Of a DNA stretch of 64,000 bases, positions 49,701-61,114 are shown in pieces; within the stretch, counting starts at the first letter, position 1, and each line of letters opens with the position of its first letter. The notes beneath the pieces are model-generated. The model was not told the DNA's origin and ran no database searches. It was given only the letters and a program-made list of their open reading frames with translations. Both the position numbers and the translations under genes were made by a program. Source of the DNA: Yuukianura sp. NJ FZ-2021. Taxonomy: Eukaryota. Location of the stretch: assembly GCA_046563655.1 (NCBI GenBank), contig CM102289.1:3410001-3474000 (forward strand), read 5' to 3'.

Positions 49701-52700
49701 TAATGGACCATACGTTTTCATATTTGGGTTTGTCCAGGATGTTAGCAATTGCGGTAAAATGTTTGTATGTTGTAGGTCTGGAATGACTACCAGTTGAAAT
49801 GGGATGAGGCAGACTACGGTGGGATCGCTGTTCTACGTCTTCCGCCAGACAAAGTCTGGAAACCTGACATAGTTCTGTTCAATAATGCTGATGGGAACTA
49901 CGAAGTCCGCTACAAGTCCAACGTCCTGATATATCCCAACGGTGAGGTTCTCTGGGTTCCGCCTGCGATATATCAGGTACTACTCCCGCTACTTGAGTAC
50001 TTTCTGTTTTGCACAATGAGAGCGACAGCGGGTTGGAAAATGGCGGGAAAGGAGTCGTGTTTTTGAATTTTGTTTTTCTGTGTGCCATTGTCCCGCGTTT
50101 TCCATTTTCCATGTGAACTTCATTAGATTTTATTCTAAAGAGTTTTGGTTTATTATGAAAATTCCCCAGAGCTCATGTACCATAGATGTCACTTACTTTC
50201 CCTTTGATCAACAAACCTGCATAATGAAATTCGGTTCCTGGACATTCAACGGCGACCAAGTTTCACTCTCACTGTACAATGATAAGAATTTCGTTGACTT
50301 GTCCGACTACTGGAAATCAGGTAAGACTTGACATTTTATGTTCATTTTAGTAAATTACGTTTTGTTAGAGTTAGTTCCTTCTCTACCTTGCCAGATTAAA
50401 AGGCTTTCTCTTTTTCCCATTTGGGACCACATGCTACCTTATGCCATTGAATTAGTCATTTTTCAAGCTTCCCCTTTGCAATCACTGTCACAACTCCACT
50501 TTCTTTTGTTTAGTAAATGAAAATCTCTGACTCATTTGTCTTTGGCACAAAACAAAAGTAGTCTCTAAAAGCCCAACGACGTTTTTCCAACATTATAGTT
50601 TTACTTAACAATTGAGGCAACCCTGCAGGTAAACAATTCCCTTTCCTAACCTTACACGAAAGCCTAGCCTATAGAAAACCACTACAAACTGAATATTTTA
50701 ACAAACGAAAAAGAAAGTGAAAACAAGTTTTCACTTTCCGCTAAAAACTGAAAATTTAGCAATCTATTTTTGTCCAACCAAGGCGGCGGAACGAGAGTGC
50801 GTCACCCGCTGCATCTGGCACAAAGATTAACTGCTACAAAAGTATACAGAGCAAAAGGTTTCCAAACGTCACTTTCACCTTCCTAGGACTTTCTCCCTTA
50901 GGAATCCAAAGTTAGGTTTACGTTAGGCTAAGGTTAGGTTAGGTATTGACAGTAGGAAATTTAAAGCTACTCGTGTGCTCGCATGAGCATGTTAACTTAC
51001 AATGTCCTCAGAGAGTTTCTTGTTTCCTTTGGTTTAACCTGGGCGATGTTAGGTTAACTATGTTCAGGCTTAGATGTAAAAAGAGCGTACAGAGTTCAAT
51101 GCCTTCTTTAAATATGAAATCCCCGCCAAAGAAATCCTACTAATCCAAACTACTTAAGGAGAAACTCGAGTTGTTTTAGAAGAAAGCGGAATGACGCCGC
51201 CTGAGACTCATTAAAAGTTAAAGTCCTCAAGGAAATTGAGTCAAGTTGAGCAGAAAAGGCCTTTAGAAATCCCTTAGCCCAGTTCTAACTTTAGCCGCAC
51301 CAAAGTTTTCTCTCAACTGAACCCGCCTGCTTTCAACTATTGTTACACTTGGTATATCACAATACTTTCACTCGTTAGTAGTAGAATAAGTCCATTTTGT
51401 CAATTTTGGCTCAGTTTTTAAAACTTTTGTTTTGGTTTTTCTAGGGACTTGGGACATCATCGAAGTGCCAGCTTATCTGAACGTAATAGCCGGAAATCAC
51501 ACCGAGACGGATATTACATTTTACATCACAATTCGGCGGAAAACGCTCTTTTACACTGTCAACTTAATTCTTCCCACGGTTTTGATCTCCTTCCTCTGCG
51601 TCCTTGTGTTCTACCTTCCGGCAGAGGCGGGTGAAAAAGTGACTCTGGGAATCTCAATTCTCCTGTCGTTGGTCGTCTTTTTGCTCCTCGTTTCAAAAAT
51701 TTTGCCGCCAACGTCCCTCGTCCTCCCACTCATTGCCAAGTACCTCCTCTTCACATTCATCATGAACACTTTCTCCATCTTGGTCACCGTCATCATCATC
51801 AACTGGAACTTCAGGGGCCCTAGGACTCATCGCATGCCGCACTGGATACGTGTCGTCTTTCTCAAGTACTTGCCGGTAAGTGTCCGTCCATTCCAAAGTG
51901 GACAGTTCCAGGCAACCTATAACCTTTCAAAAGTTCGACAGATCACACCAAGGTTCCTATAGCAACGAAGTAGTTTTTCTTTAACAGGTTAGGCAATAAG
52001 TCCCTTTCCTAAAAATGTCGCTGCAAATATTTTCCCCCTTATTTTCCCTTGAAATTGTTTACCGCTCTTTTTGTGTAAAATTCAAAAGTTTGCTCCAAAC
52101 TGGACGTTCAAAATAACGAGAAAAAATTTTGGAGCAAGAATTCATGAAACGAGAGCTGCCGTTATGCCCTTTAATTTTTGAAATTTCGAAGAGTAAGACA
52201 TACAACAACGACTTATTGCTTAACCTGTTAAAGAAAAAACTATTTTCTTGTTTACAAACCTTGGATCACACGTTCGCATTGGCTTTTCTACATTTGACGT
52301 TCAAGAGCCATTGAACAACGTCCACGCGTCCTAACTTTTCCTAAGCTGAACCTGACATTTCTGCCTTTGGTATCTATGGGTTTTGTGTTTCAAAGGAATT
52401 TTTAATCCAGCTCTTTTTTTCATTTCAGATTTACCTTTGCATGCGGAGGCCAAGGAAAACGAGGCTGCGGTGGATGATGGAGATGCCTGGAACGGAAGTT
52501 CCTGGATTCGGGAGTGCGGAGCGGGCACCGCCTCCGAATTCGGGCTTCCACATGCCCGAACTGCCACCGAAACACTCACTGGAAGCTCTGGAACTGGCGG
52601 ATCTCCACCATCCTAATTGTAAAATTAATCGAAAGGTACTTGACTCGGACTTAGTTCCTACAGGAATCACACGAACATGTTCGTCTTACAAATTCTAACC

Positions 52701-54865
52701 AAGTCATCAGAACAGCAAAGCCTCCTGCTTCATTCCATCTAGCCCTTCATTAAGAATTAATCCTCAATTTCTCTAAGTGAACATATAAGCTATCCAGAAT
52801 TCTCATGCTTTCCACTTTCCTGGTTGGGCTAATTGTTTAATTTTTGGAAAAATGTGGGAAGGAGAAAGTGGCAGGAGAGGCTCCTTCAATTTCATTTTTA
52901 TTCTAGCCGAATAAGAAGCAATATTATTTTTCCTAATATTTCACCACTTCCTTTGCCTTTTCTTTTTAACTTTTAGGCTCAAGAGCGGGAAAGAGAGCGA
53001 AGAGAAAGTGAGAGCTCAGATTCCTTGTTATTAACTCCAGAAGCCTTCAGAGCCACGGAGGCCGTCGAATTTATTGCAGAGCATCTCCGCAACGAAGATG
53101 AGTACATCCAAGTAAGTCTTCCTCAAACCGCTGCGGCGCTAACAAAAAATTTTTACACAAAAAAATCCTGGACGTTTATGGTCGCTCGGAGTCCGAACCT
53201 AAGGAAAAACCAAGAAAAACTTAGGAATTGCAAAACTAAAAAATCTTAAACAGAATCTTTGGAGGAAAGTTTTGGTCCACAAGAATCCGTCACCTAACGT
53301 CAAAACGTAATGCTTGTACATTCCTGACCGACCAAAATAAGCGCATCGGCGCACATGTGACCGTCCGAAAGTGTCTGGTTACGAAAAAGAAAGCGCCAGA
53401 CAGAGTGTGGGCCTACAAAAATTATGATTTCGGCATCAATAAATCATTTCGCGCTCCTACCACCACGGATTCACACTTTCCCGCTCCTTTTTGCATGGCT
53501 TCACACCGCTTGCCTGTCCTTCTGTCGCTGCAGCGTCTGACGCTGATTCTCCTTAACAAAGCAATGTGACACTACAGATGAGAAGCTCACAAAAAAAAAG
53601 TCTCATGAAATTAAATGTAGTGAACTGCCCGTGGTGGACAAGGAATGGGTTAATTAATTCAAAAGCTCCCGCCCTTCCCATTCATTTTCGTTGGAAATGT
53701 TCTGGCTTTTTTGGTATTCAGATCCCATTTCTTTTTGGCAAATTCAACAAAATCTTTTCCTTTGTTCCTACAAGACAAAATGGGAAACGCCGTTACACTT
53801 TATGGTGACTTCTCCTTGGGTTTAGAGTTTCACTTTTCCTTTCAAGAAAAGAAAACCACGAAATTTTTATTGGGATTCTGCCAAAGTTCAAAAGACAATT
53901 TCGAAACCTCGACATACAGCGTTTGCAAATAGACGAAAAACGGAAAGTCCCGAAGAGTTTGCCTTTGCGATGTTGACCTTTTGAAATGTCCTGTTTGAAC
54001 TACTCTTAAAAGAACCTTGATCAAAAATCTTATAAGACGACTGATGCTGCTGCAGTAAGTACAGTACAAACAGATGCATCGCTTTTGAAATTGTGTTTTC
54101 AGCAAAAAAAAAAAGTTTCAAAGAATTGGAATAAGGTAGATTTTCAATCTCAGCTTTTCAAACAAGGGTCTTCCGCTGTTTGTGAAAAGAAAAAAAGTAA
54201 AGAAAAGTCCGAAAAGATTCTGTTATATTAAAATCCAAGAAGTTGAATATGTACACCGCCTGAATCGTCAATTTTGCCTATGTCGCAAAGTTGCCCAAAC
54301 CAAAGTTATTTGACAATGAAAAATAAATTTTTTAAACAGGTTGAGTACTTGAGTACTATCTCTGGGATAAAAATGGGGAAAAAACGCAACGATTGGTACA
54401 AATGTGACCAACATTTGTACAATTTTTTTACAACAAAATTGGTACCAGTTCGTATGTAAAATTTAAAAAATTCGAATGTATTTGTTTGACTAAGATACCA
54501 TGAAATGAAATACACTCTTTTTTTGCAAAATTGAAAAAAAAAACCATGAGGTATTACTCAACATGTTAAAGAAAATCAAAGTCAGCAAACCTTGGCCCAA
54601 CTTATCAGTAATACAACCGATTCCCTTGCAGAACTTTGAGAATCCAGGATGTAAGTCTGTAGTTGAAGTTTTAACCGCTAGCTTTTGGTCCTTGTTTTAG
54701 ATCCGTGAAGACTGGAAGTATGTGGCGATGGTAATCGATAGACTCCAATTGTGGATCTTCTTTCTCGTCACGGCCAGCGGAACTTTTGGGATCCTCTGTG
54801 ATGCTCCACATATATTTGAGCCCGTGGATCAGGATAGAATCATTGAACTCTACAAAGGGAAATAA
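27304..54865 (+). CDS. nAChRbeta1: nAChR beta1 subunit, complete, 516 aa
   Basis: Exons 27304-27382 (signal peptide [27 protein letters not shown]; least certain), 44955-45091, 46093-46137, 49776-49976, 50170-50320, 51445-51875, 52429-52635, 52977-53111, 54701-54865; sum 1551 nt, all GT-AG and in phase. Motifs [63 protein letters not shown] are typical of arthropod beta1; no vicinal CC. Confidence 0.95.
28651..29737 (+). mobile_element. DINE-1/HINE-like non-autonomous Helentron element
   Basis: Subterminal inverted repeats gtcttctggag (28656-28666) and ctccagaagac (29691-29701), internal partial IR gaagacta (28690-28697), (GTCY)n microsatellite 28711-28753, 3' stem-loop atgctcaa-ccc-ttgagcat (29704-29722), T-runs at both ends. 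Confidence 0.8.
31462..31508 (+). promoter_or_regulatory. putative core promoter of the nested peptide gene
   Basis: TATATAA at 31462-31468 and Inr-like TCATTC at 31503-31508 upstream of a gtaagc donor at 31562; spacing is longer than ideal. Confidence 0.4.
31625..32086 (+). CDS. nested small secreted four-cysteine peptide, 94 aa, unknown family
   Basis: Exons 31625-31693 (signal peptide [23 protein letters not shown]), 31787-31838, 31923-32086, canonical splice sites in phase. Mature [71 protein letters not shown]. Probable 5'UTR intron 31562-31624, AATAAA 32274-32279. Confidence 0.85.
32521..32577. repeat. isolated right end of the CAAGG MITE family
   Basis: cgacttactgcctaacctgttagagaaaaagttttctgttgtcaagacaccttg matches the family TIR. 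Confidence 0.55.
41496..41566. repeat. 15-bp minisatellite, about 5 copies
   Basis: Unit gtaataaggtcgcaa with variants. Confidence 0.8.
43767..44730. mobile_element. foldback/palindromic non-autonomous DNA transposon with TA target duplication (Tc1/mariner-type ends)
   Basis: TA|CCGTATGTTCGGCTGCCAAC...GTTGGCAGCCGAACATACGG|TA. Near-perfect inverted arms (about 320 bp unique plus 19-bp tandem units aaaattttgaacttttYYc in opposite orientations); no coding capacity. Confidence 0.9.
49393..49642. mobile_element. MITE, related subfamily
   Basis: caagcttccttgacaacg...aaaccttg; flanks cctagacc/gatagacc (6/8 match). Confidence 0.75.
51949..52263. mobile_element. MITE, CAAGGTT...AACCTTG ends, 8-bp TSD (P-superfamily-like)
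   Basis: Exact flanking duplication GATCACAC (51941-51948 and 52264-52271); ~55-bp imperfect TIRs. Confidence 0.88.
54301..54594. mobile_element. MITE, related subfamily
   Basis: caaagttatttgacaatg...aaaccttg; flanks gcccaaac/gcccaact. Confidence 0.75.
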
Positions 54866-57101
54866 CCCAAGGGAATTCCTTATTCAAAAAAAAGCGCCAC
54901 TACTACTACCACCACCAGCCGCCATGCGAATCGCGAATTCATTAATTCAGTTTTAGTTTCTACTGTTCAGTTCCAAATACTCAAAGCGTCATGGCCAGAA
55001 GTGCACGTCTTTTTTTCTTTTTCTATACTGCCATCACCATGACTCGAAAATTTTCAATCCTCATCCTACGGTGCTTCCACTTCAATGGAGATTTCAAATT
55101 TTGCACAAATTAAACTTCCCGCGCTCGCTCCATGGATCCACTTTGGCTTTTTAGTTTCCATCCTTTGTTTTTCCTTCTTCAAAAGCTTTGTCACTGAAAT
55201 GGGAGAAACAACGGTGCTCCAATCAGAGTTACTAAAATTGCTTTTTAAAACAGCCAAAACTTCTAACCCGTTTGAAAATTGCTCATTCGATGGAGTTTAA
55301 AAAGCAAAAAGGACTCCCAGAGGGAGCGAGAGCAGCAACATAAACACAAAACAAAACGTAATAAACCTAACCTAACAAACTCAGACTAAGAATTCAAGAA
55401 TGCTCAAGCTTTAATTAAGGATAAGGATTTATAGTAAAGACTTTAGAAAGAGACACAGTGAAAACTAACAATAACAGTTAAGTCAAATTGTTTCTCATTG
55501 TTATCCTAACTTGCTAGGAAGCGAGTTAAAAGAAAGCAAAAACCAAGTAGACTAATTTAGTTTAAATTTAAATGTACAATTGTAGTTAAGTATAACAACT
55601 ACGATGAATCTTCTGCCTAACATGTAAGGATGCACTTTATTTTCTAAACAGGGCTTAACCTTTTAACTATGTTGTGTTAAATGTTTAGTATAACTTGGAA
55701 TATGGTGATAAACCTTTAGCTAAAGTTGCAATCTGACACAATTTAGGTGCTTGTTCGTTCTAAATGTTAAACAATGGTTACTAATACTAACTAAATGCAA
55801 AGTTTGAAGTTTTTTATGGACTTCAGCGGAGAGTAAGCTTAGAGTTAACAGTAAACTTGCTAAACTGCCGTTTTGTAAATACCACTAACTAGGGGTAATG
55901 AACTTTAGACTTGTTGCGCATGCGTGCGATTGTGTGTGTGCTTGAACAAAAGCCCGAATAGTGCATGTGAGGCTTTAGAATCACAACTATGCTAAACTGT
56001 GTTGGAGTTTTTTCGACGCTTTAAAAAACTCTGGGTTGAGTATTAATTTAAACTACTTAAAAAATCAAATTGTCAGATTTTATGTACCTCAGCACAGGAA
56101 AAACTTTTGTACTAACTAAAAATAACAATAACTTTAAGTTGAACAACTAATTTGACAAGGGTGTGAACTACACAATTTACCCAATGGTTGTTTTCAGGCC
56201 AAAACGTTTTAGATATGTGTCAATTCAAGCAATTTTGGGTTGTGATTTCTCAGCAGGGATACTAAATGTGCAGTGTTTTTGAAATCAAGTTAAATTCTGC
56301 CAGAAGCAAAGAGTTTTTTAGTTAAACGGGGCTGATAAGTGGTTGTTAAAGTCACAAATTAAAAGGCAAGAATTAACTACAAAGGCTCTCTCAGTGCCAC
56401 CCACTTCAAAAGCCAGAAAGTTTCACTCGAAAACAAAAGGAAATTGAATAAAAGAAACCAAATTGTTGAGAATTTAACACTGAACTTAATTAAATTCAAA
56501 CTCAGCCTTTTTTGAAGTTCAAAAAATAAAATCTAGGTGAGCTAGAACACATTTTTGAAAAAAAAAAGTTTCAAAATTCAAACTTATTGATCCAAAAGTT
56601 TTTAGTCAGATCGGAACACTTTTTTACAAATAGTAAAATTAAAGTAGATTTCAAGTTAGTATGTTTATGGAAGCAATTTAAATTCAATTTTTTTTTGCGC
56701 AAACTCTACCATGTGGATTAAAGTCTAGCATTTTTGAAAAATTTGTTATTCAATTTGTGCAAAATATTAACGCAATTGAACTGAAAACATTTAAACTCAT
56801 ACTGTTTTTTTTTTGAATTTTTAAGCACTATGTTTTTATGCTTTAAGAGGTCAGATCAAAAGGAGATGAATGAAGACGTCAATAAAACCTGGGTCTTTAA
56901 CTAGGCTAAACGTGGTGCAGAAGGTCATTTTAATTTAAATAGATTTTCTTAATTGATAGAATGGACTTATCCAGTTTCCCCCTCTTGTTTTAGATTTCAA
57001 CATAGATGTACTTCCAAAGTGTATTCATCCACGAAACAAACAAACGCCGTTGATCTGTGTTCTAAACACAAACAGGCATAGAATTTCTTATACACAGAAA
57101 A

Positions 57102-59193
57102 ATGAACGGAAAAGTACTTTTCGGAATATTCATCGTTGCGTCAATTCAGTATGGTAAGCGAAAAAGAGTATACTTAAAGCGCTGAAATTTAAGTCTAATT
57201 AACTAAAATTTGTTCAAAATGCATTTTTTAATTTTTGAAACACAATATTGCTTCTTAGGTTACACTAACAACTTGAAATTTTCCGATTTTTTCAGCAACT
57301 GATGCGAGTTTAGATGAAGGGGAGCTGGTCAAGCAATTGCTAGATACGAGAACTTACAACAAAAACATTTTTCCTCAACCTGCTACAAATGGATCTGCAC
57401 TCGACGTTAAAATTGGAATGTACTTTGTTTCACTAGCTGAAATTGTAAGATTAACCTAACAGATTTTAGTTTAGCTAAAACTTAAGAAATTGTAAGGCAA
57501 AGGTCAAATTTGCCTCAATTGACCCGGAGATGAATTTCAGATAGGTTTCTAAGAAGTGGCTTTTTTTTGTTCTAGAATGGAAAAGAGGGCTACATGACTT
57601 CGTCGCTTCGACTTACATTGGTACTTTGATTTAAAAATACAATTGTCCTTTATATTAAAACAAAAGTTGTTGTCATTGGTTGTCAGTAGACATGGAACGA
57701 CCCAAGGTTCAAAGTTAATGGCGGCAAGGGGAGCATCGTTCCACGTATATCAGAAGCCAGTGTTTGGAAACCGTCAATTCAATTTATCAATGCGTATGCC
57801 CAATTTTAAATAAAAAATTAAGCAAGATTCAATCTTTTTAATATAGTATCTTATTCCGAAAATTTAAATTTAGATACGACAAGCAACCAAACATGGAAGA
57901 CGACAAAGTGTCGATTTACCCCGAAACTGGAAAGGTCATTTGGAATCCAAAAGTTTTGGTTAAGGTTGCACTTTTCAGAAAGTTTGTTTTTTAATAAAAA
58001 GACTTAAAACTAACTTATACTTATTATACTAACTGTTTTCTTTGCAGACAACTTGCAACATCGATGCCTACTATTTTCCATTTGACGTGCAAAGTTGTGT
58101 AATAAAAATAAAAGACCGTGTTCACACAACTGATGAGCTCCATCTATCAATTTCTGAGAACAACGTTAACATGCACAGTTACATCAAATCTGGTAAATTC
58201 CTAAAGCAAATTCACGCTGTGAATAATTTGATATGGTTGACATGAGATTACTAACGAATTTTACTGACTGAATGTAGGAGAATGGACATTCATCTCTTCC
58301 GAAGTTCGCAAAAGCCTCCTTAATCCCGAATCCAAAATGGAACCAGCCACGGAACGTTTGACTTTTCGAGTAACTTTCCGAAGAAATCCCGGGAATTTTT
58401 TTGTGACGCTTGTCGTTCCGCTCATTTTGGTTTCTTTTGTTTCCATTTTAACATTCCCGCTCCCAACAGATTCAAAAGAGAAACTCGTCCTTGGCTTTGT
58501 CTCGATCATCTCGATACTCCTACTGTTAATTGACATGGCCAATGTCATTCCACCTTCAGCCATTGGAATTCCACTTGTCACGAAATATGCCATTTTCGTC
58601 CTAATTCTAAATATCTTTGCCATCCTTGCAACAATTCTAGTTTTGCAGTTGGCCTCCAGAGAATCAGATATGCCTGAAATGGTGCGAAATATCGTTCTGA
58701 CCAAACTGGGGGTAACGTTACATTTTGTGCAATCAATTTCATTTTATGTTAAGAAACTATTGGTATCCATGCTACTGTACGTAAACTCATCAATGATGCT
58801 GTATTTTCTAGAAATACGTGTTGATTAGTTCACCGGAGTCCACAAATTCTAAGCAAGGACCAGACACTGTGCAAGAAAACCAGAATCACGTGGGACAAAA
58901 CGAAGAGGAACCTCAAACTGAAGCGGAGTCAACAATACTAAATACGTTGCACAAAAAGAAAATGCAAAACGAGGTAAATTTTAGAAGAACATGAAAAAAT
59001 ATCGCACATGAGTTAGTGTTGCTGGTAAAACTTTACAAAGACTTTCAAATTTTAACAGAGAAACGAATTATGGAGAACAGTAGCAGCCATTCTAGATCGA
59101 ACTTTGTTCATCGTTTTCACACTGGTCGCAGTTATTGGAATGGCAGCTTACTTAGTAAATGCAAACGCAGCAGATGTAGTGACAGAAAATTAA
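57102..59193 (+). CDS. divergent non-alpha nAChR-like (Cys-loop) subunit, 438 aa, beta1-derived
   Basis: Exons 57102-57153, 57296-57444, 57576-57620, 57690-57793, 57874-57964, 58048-58192, 58278-58711, 58812-58973, 59059-59193 (1317 nt, in phase). Signal peptide, WNDPR, VWKP, Cys-loop CNIDAYYFPFDVQSC, four hydrophobic segments, W..VA.ILDR before M4. Confidence 0.9.
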
Positions 59194-59498
59194 AATGGAA
59201 AATAGACGCTTAGCACATAGATATGTCTGATAAACTTAAGCTTTAGTGCATCACGTGAGCTCAGTTTAAGTTTGCGTAAAGTACACTAAAATCTGCATTT
59301 TATTACAACTTAAATTCATACGGGAATTAAAACTAGAAACGTATATTTCAAGGTTGAGCTTTTCTGGTATACAGTGTTGATCGTAACTTTTCCCATTTCC
59401 ATTTCGTCGTTGCTAACATTAGTAATCTAAAGTCCATCCAAAAAAAGTTTAGTTTCTAGGAAACAGTTTCCGGTTTTGGCGTTAGGTTAATTTTAGTA

Positions 59499-61114
59499 TC
59501 ATCGAACAGACTCGTATCCTCCTGGTAAGCCATTCTTCGTCATCACTATTTGCCAGAGTTGATACTTTCTGGACCTAAAAGCTCCAATTGACAGAGACAA
59601 ATAGAAGTACCACATTCGGAAGAATGTTTGATCGTATTTAGCAGACAACTGAGGCCAAGCTTTGACAAATTTTTCCCGCCAAGCTGTAAGTGTCTTTGAA
59701 TAGTCATGTCCAAAGTTGTGCCAATCTTCAACAATGAACAGACCGTTGCATTTCTCCAAGATTTCAGTGTGGAACGGCAAAATTCCGTTCGGAAAAATGT
59801 ATTGATGAAACCATGGTTCAATTAACGGAATACCAGGGTGACTCACGCCTAAAAATTAAAGGAGAAAAATTTCAAGGTTCAAAAAATACACAAGAATTGA
59901 AACAAAGAAAAACTTGTCATAAATGCTCATACCGATTGTGTGAAGAAGAAAAATTCCATCGTCTTTTAAACATTTAGAAGCCAGTTTGAAGAAGTTTCGA
60001 AAATTGCTTGTTCCAACGTGCTCGAACATGCCGACGGAAACAATCCGATCAAATTTTTGATCCAAATCTCTGTAGTCCTTAAGAACAATTTGAACTGGAA
60101 GTCCTGCGCAGGATTTTCGTGCCAAGTCCGCCTGCTCTGTTGAAATCGTGCATCCCACGACTGCTACTTTATAATTTGCCGCCAAATACTTGCAGAGGCT
60201 TCCCCATCCACATCCAATGTCTAATACTGTCATTCCTGGTTCCAGTTTGAGCTTGTCTCCAATCAACTTCATTTTGTGCTCCTGCGCTTCATCCAAGTTC
60301 TGCGCTCGTTTCCAGTAACCACAACTGTAGTTCATCGATTTATCCAAAAATGCTTCAAATAAGTCATTTCCTAGAAACAAGAAAAAATGTTTTAAAAAAA
60401 CTATTGAGTTCATCAGGAAATGCAAGCAGAACAATATATTGGTCACTGTGATCATTTCACACTTTTCTCATTTCCTACTTTCAAAACCTGTCTGCAAATT
60501 GCATTTCGCGCTTTGTGCAATTTGAAAACACCGCCCCCTTCTTTCATCACGATGCACAATATACAACACCACTCTAACCTACAGATGTACTGACTAATCA
60601 GTGTTTTGTTTTAAAAAACTGGTCCTACCCGCTTTTAAATTTTAAAATTTTATAAAATGTTACAAAAAAAAATTGAATCCACTTTAGTACCTTTGTTGTA
60701 ATGATCCTTAGCTACTTGCCAAGCTCGAACTCTAGTTTGCAAATTGCAGATTTTGAAGAGCAAGAAGTTGACAGTTCTATTAATAAAGTGCATGTACTTT
60801 TTGTACAGTTCAGTTTTGAAAATGACGTTGAGCAGTTCGTCCAATTGGTCGCACTCCCACAAACCTTCCATGTACGTTTCTCCTAGTCCCAACGAAGCAT
60901 TATTTGCAAGTCTCACGTAAAATTCCCGCTCATTTTGCTTATCGATTTGAATGTCGAACGGACGGTCGCCATTGATTTGGATTCCATGAGACACAAACTG
61001 ATGTCGGACGTATGCTTTTGCAAATGGGTAGAAACAAATGATGAGGAACTTTTCAATCTGCTTGTACACGGTAACCAATAAGACGATGATTCTGTAGAAG
61101 AGGCTTCCACACAT
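59499..61114 (-). CDS. cfa: cyclopropane-fatty-acyl-phospholipid synthase, bacterial Cfa type, 403 aa, two introns
   Basis: Exons 61114-60691, 60370-59933, 59848-59499 (1212 nt, both introns phase 1, GT-AG). Motifs SLGLGETYMEGLWEC, HY..GNDLF, YSCGYW, VLDIGCGWG (SAM binding), FDRIVSVGMFEHVG, FLLHTIG, YIFPNG, EDWHNFGHDY, GAFRSR..QLWQ align with E. coli Cfa as recalled. Confidence 0.93.

Noticed and set aside
59499..61114. Bacterial contamination as the source of cfa
   Set aside because: Two in-phase GT-AG introns interrupt conserved motifs, and there is no operon context.
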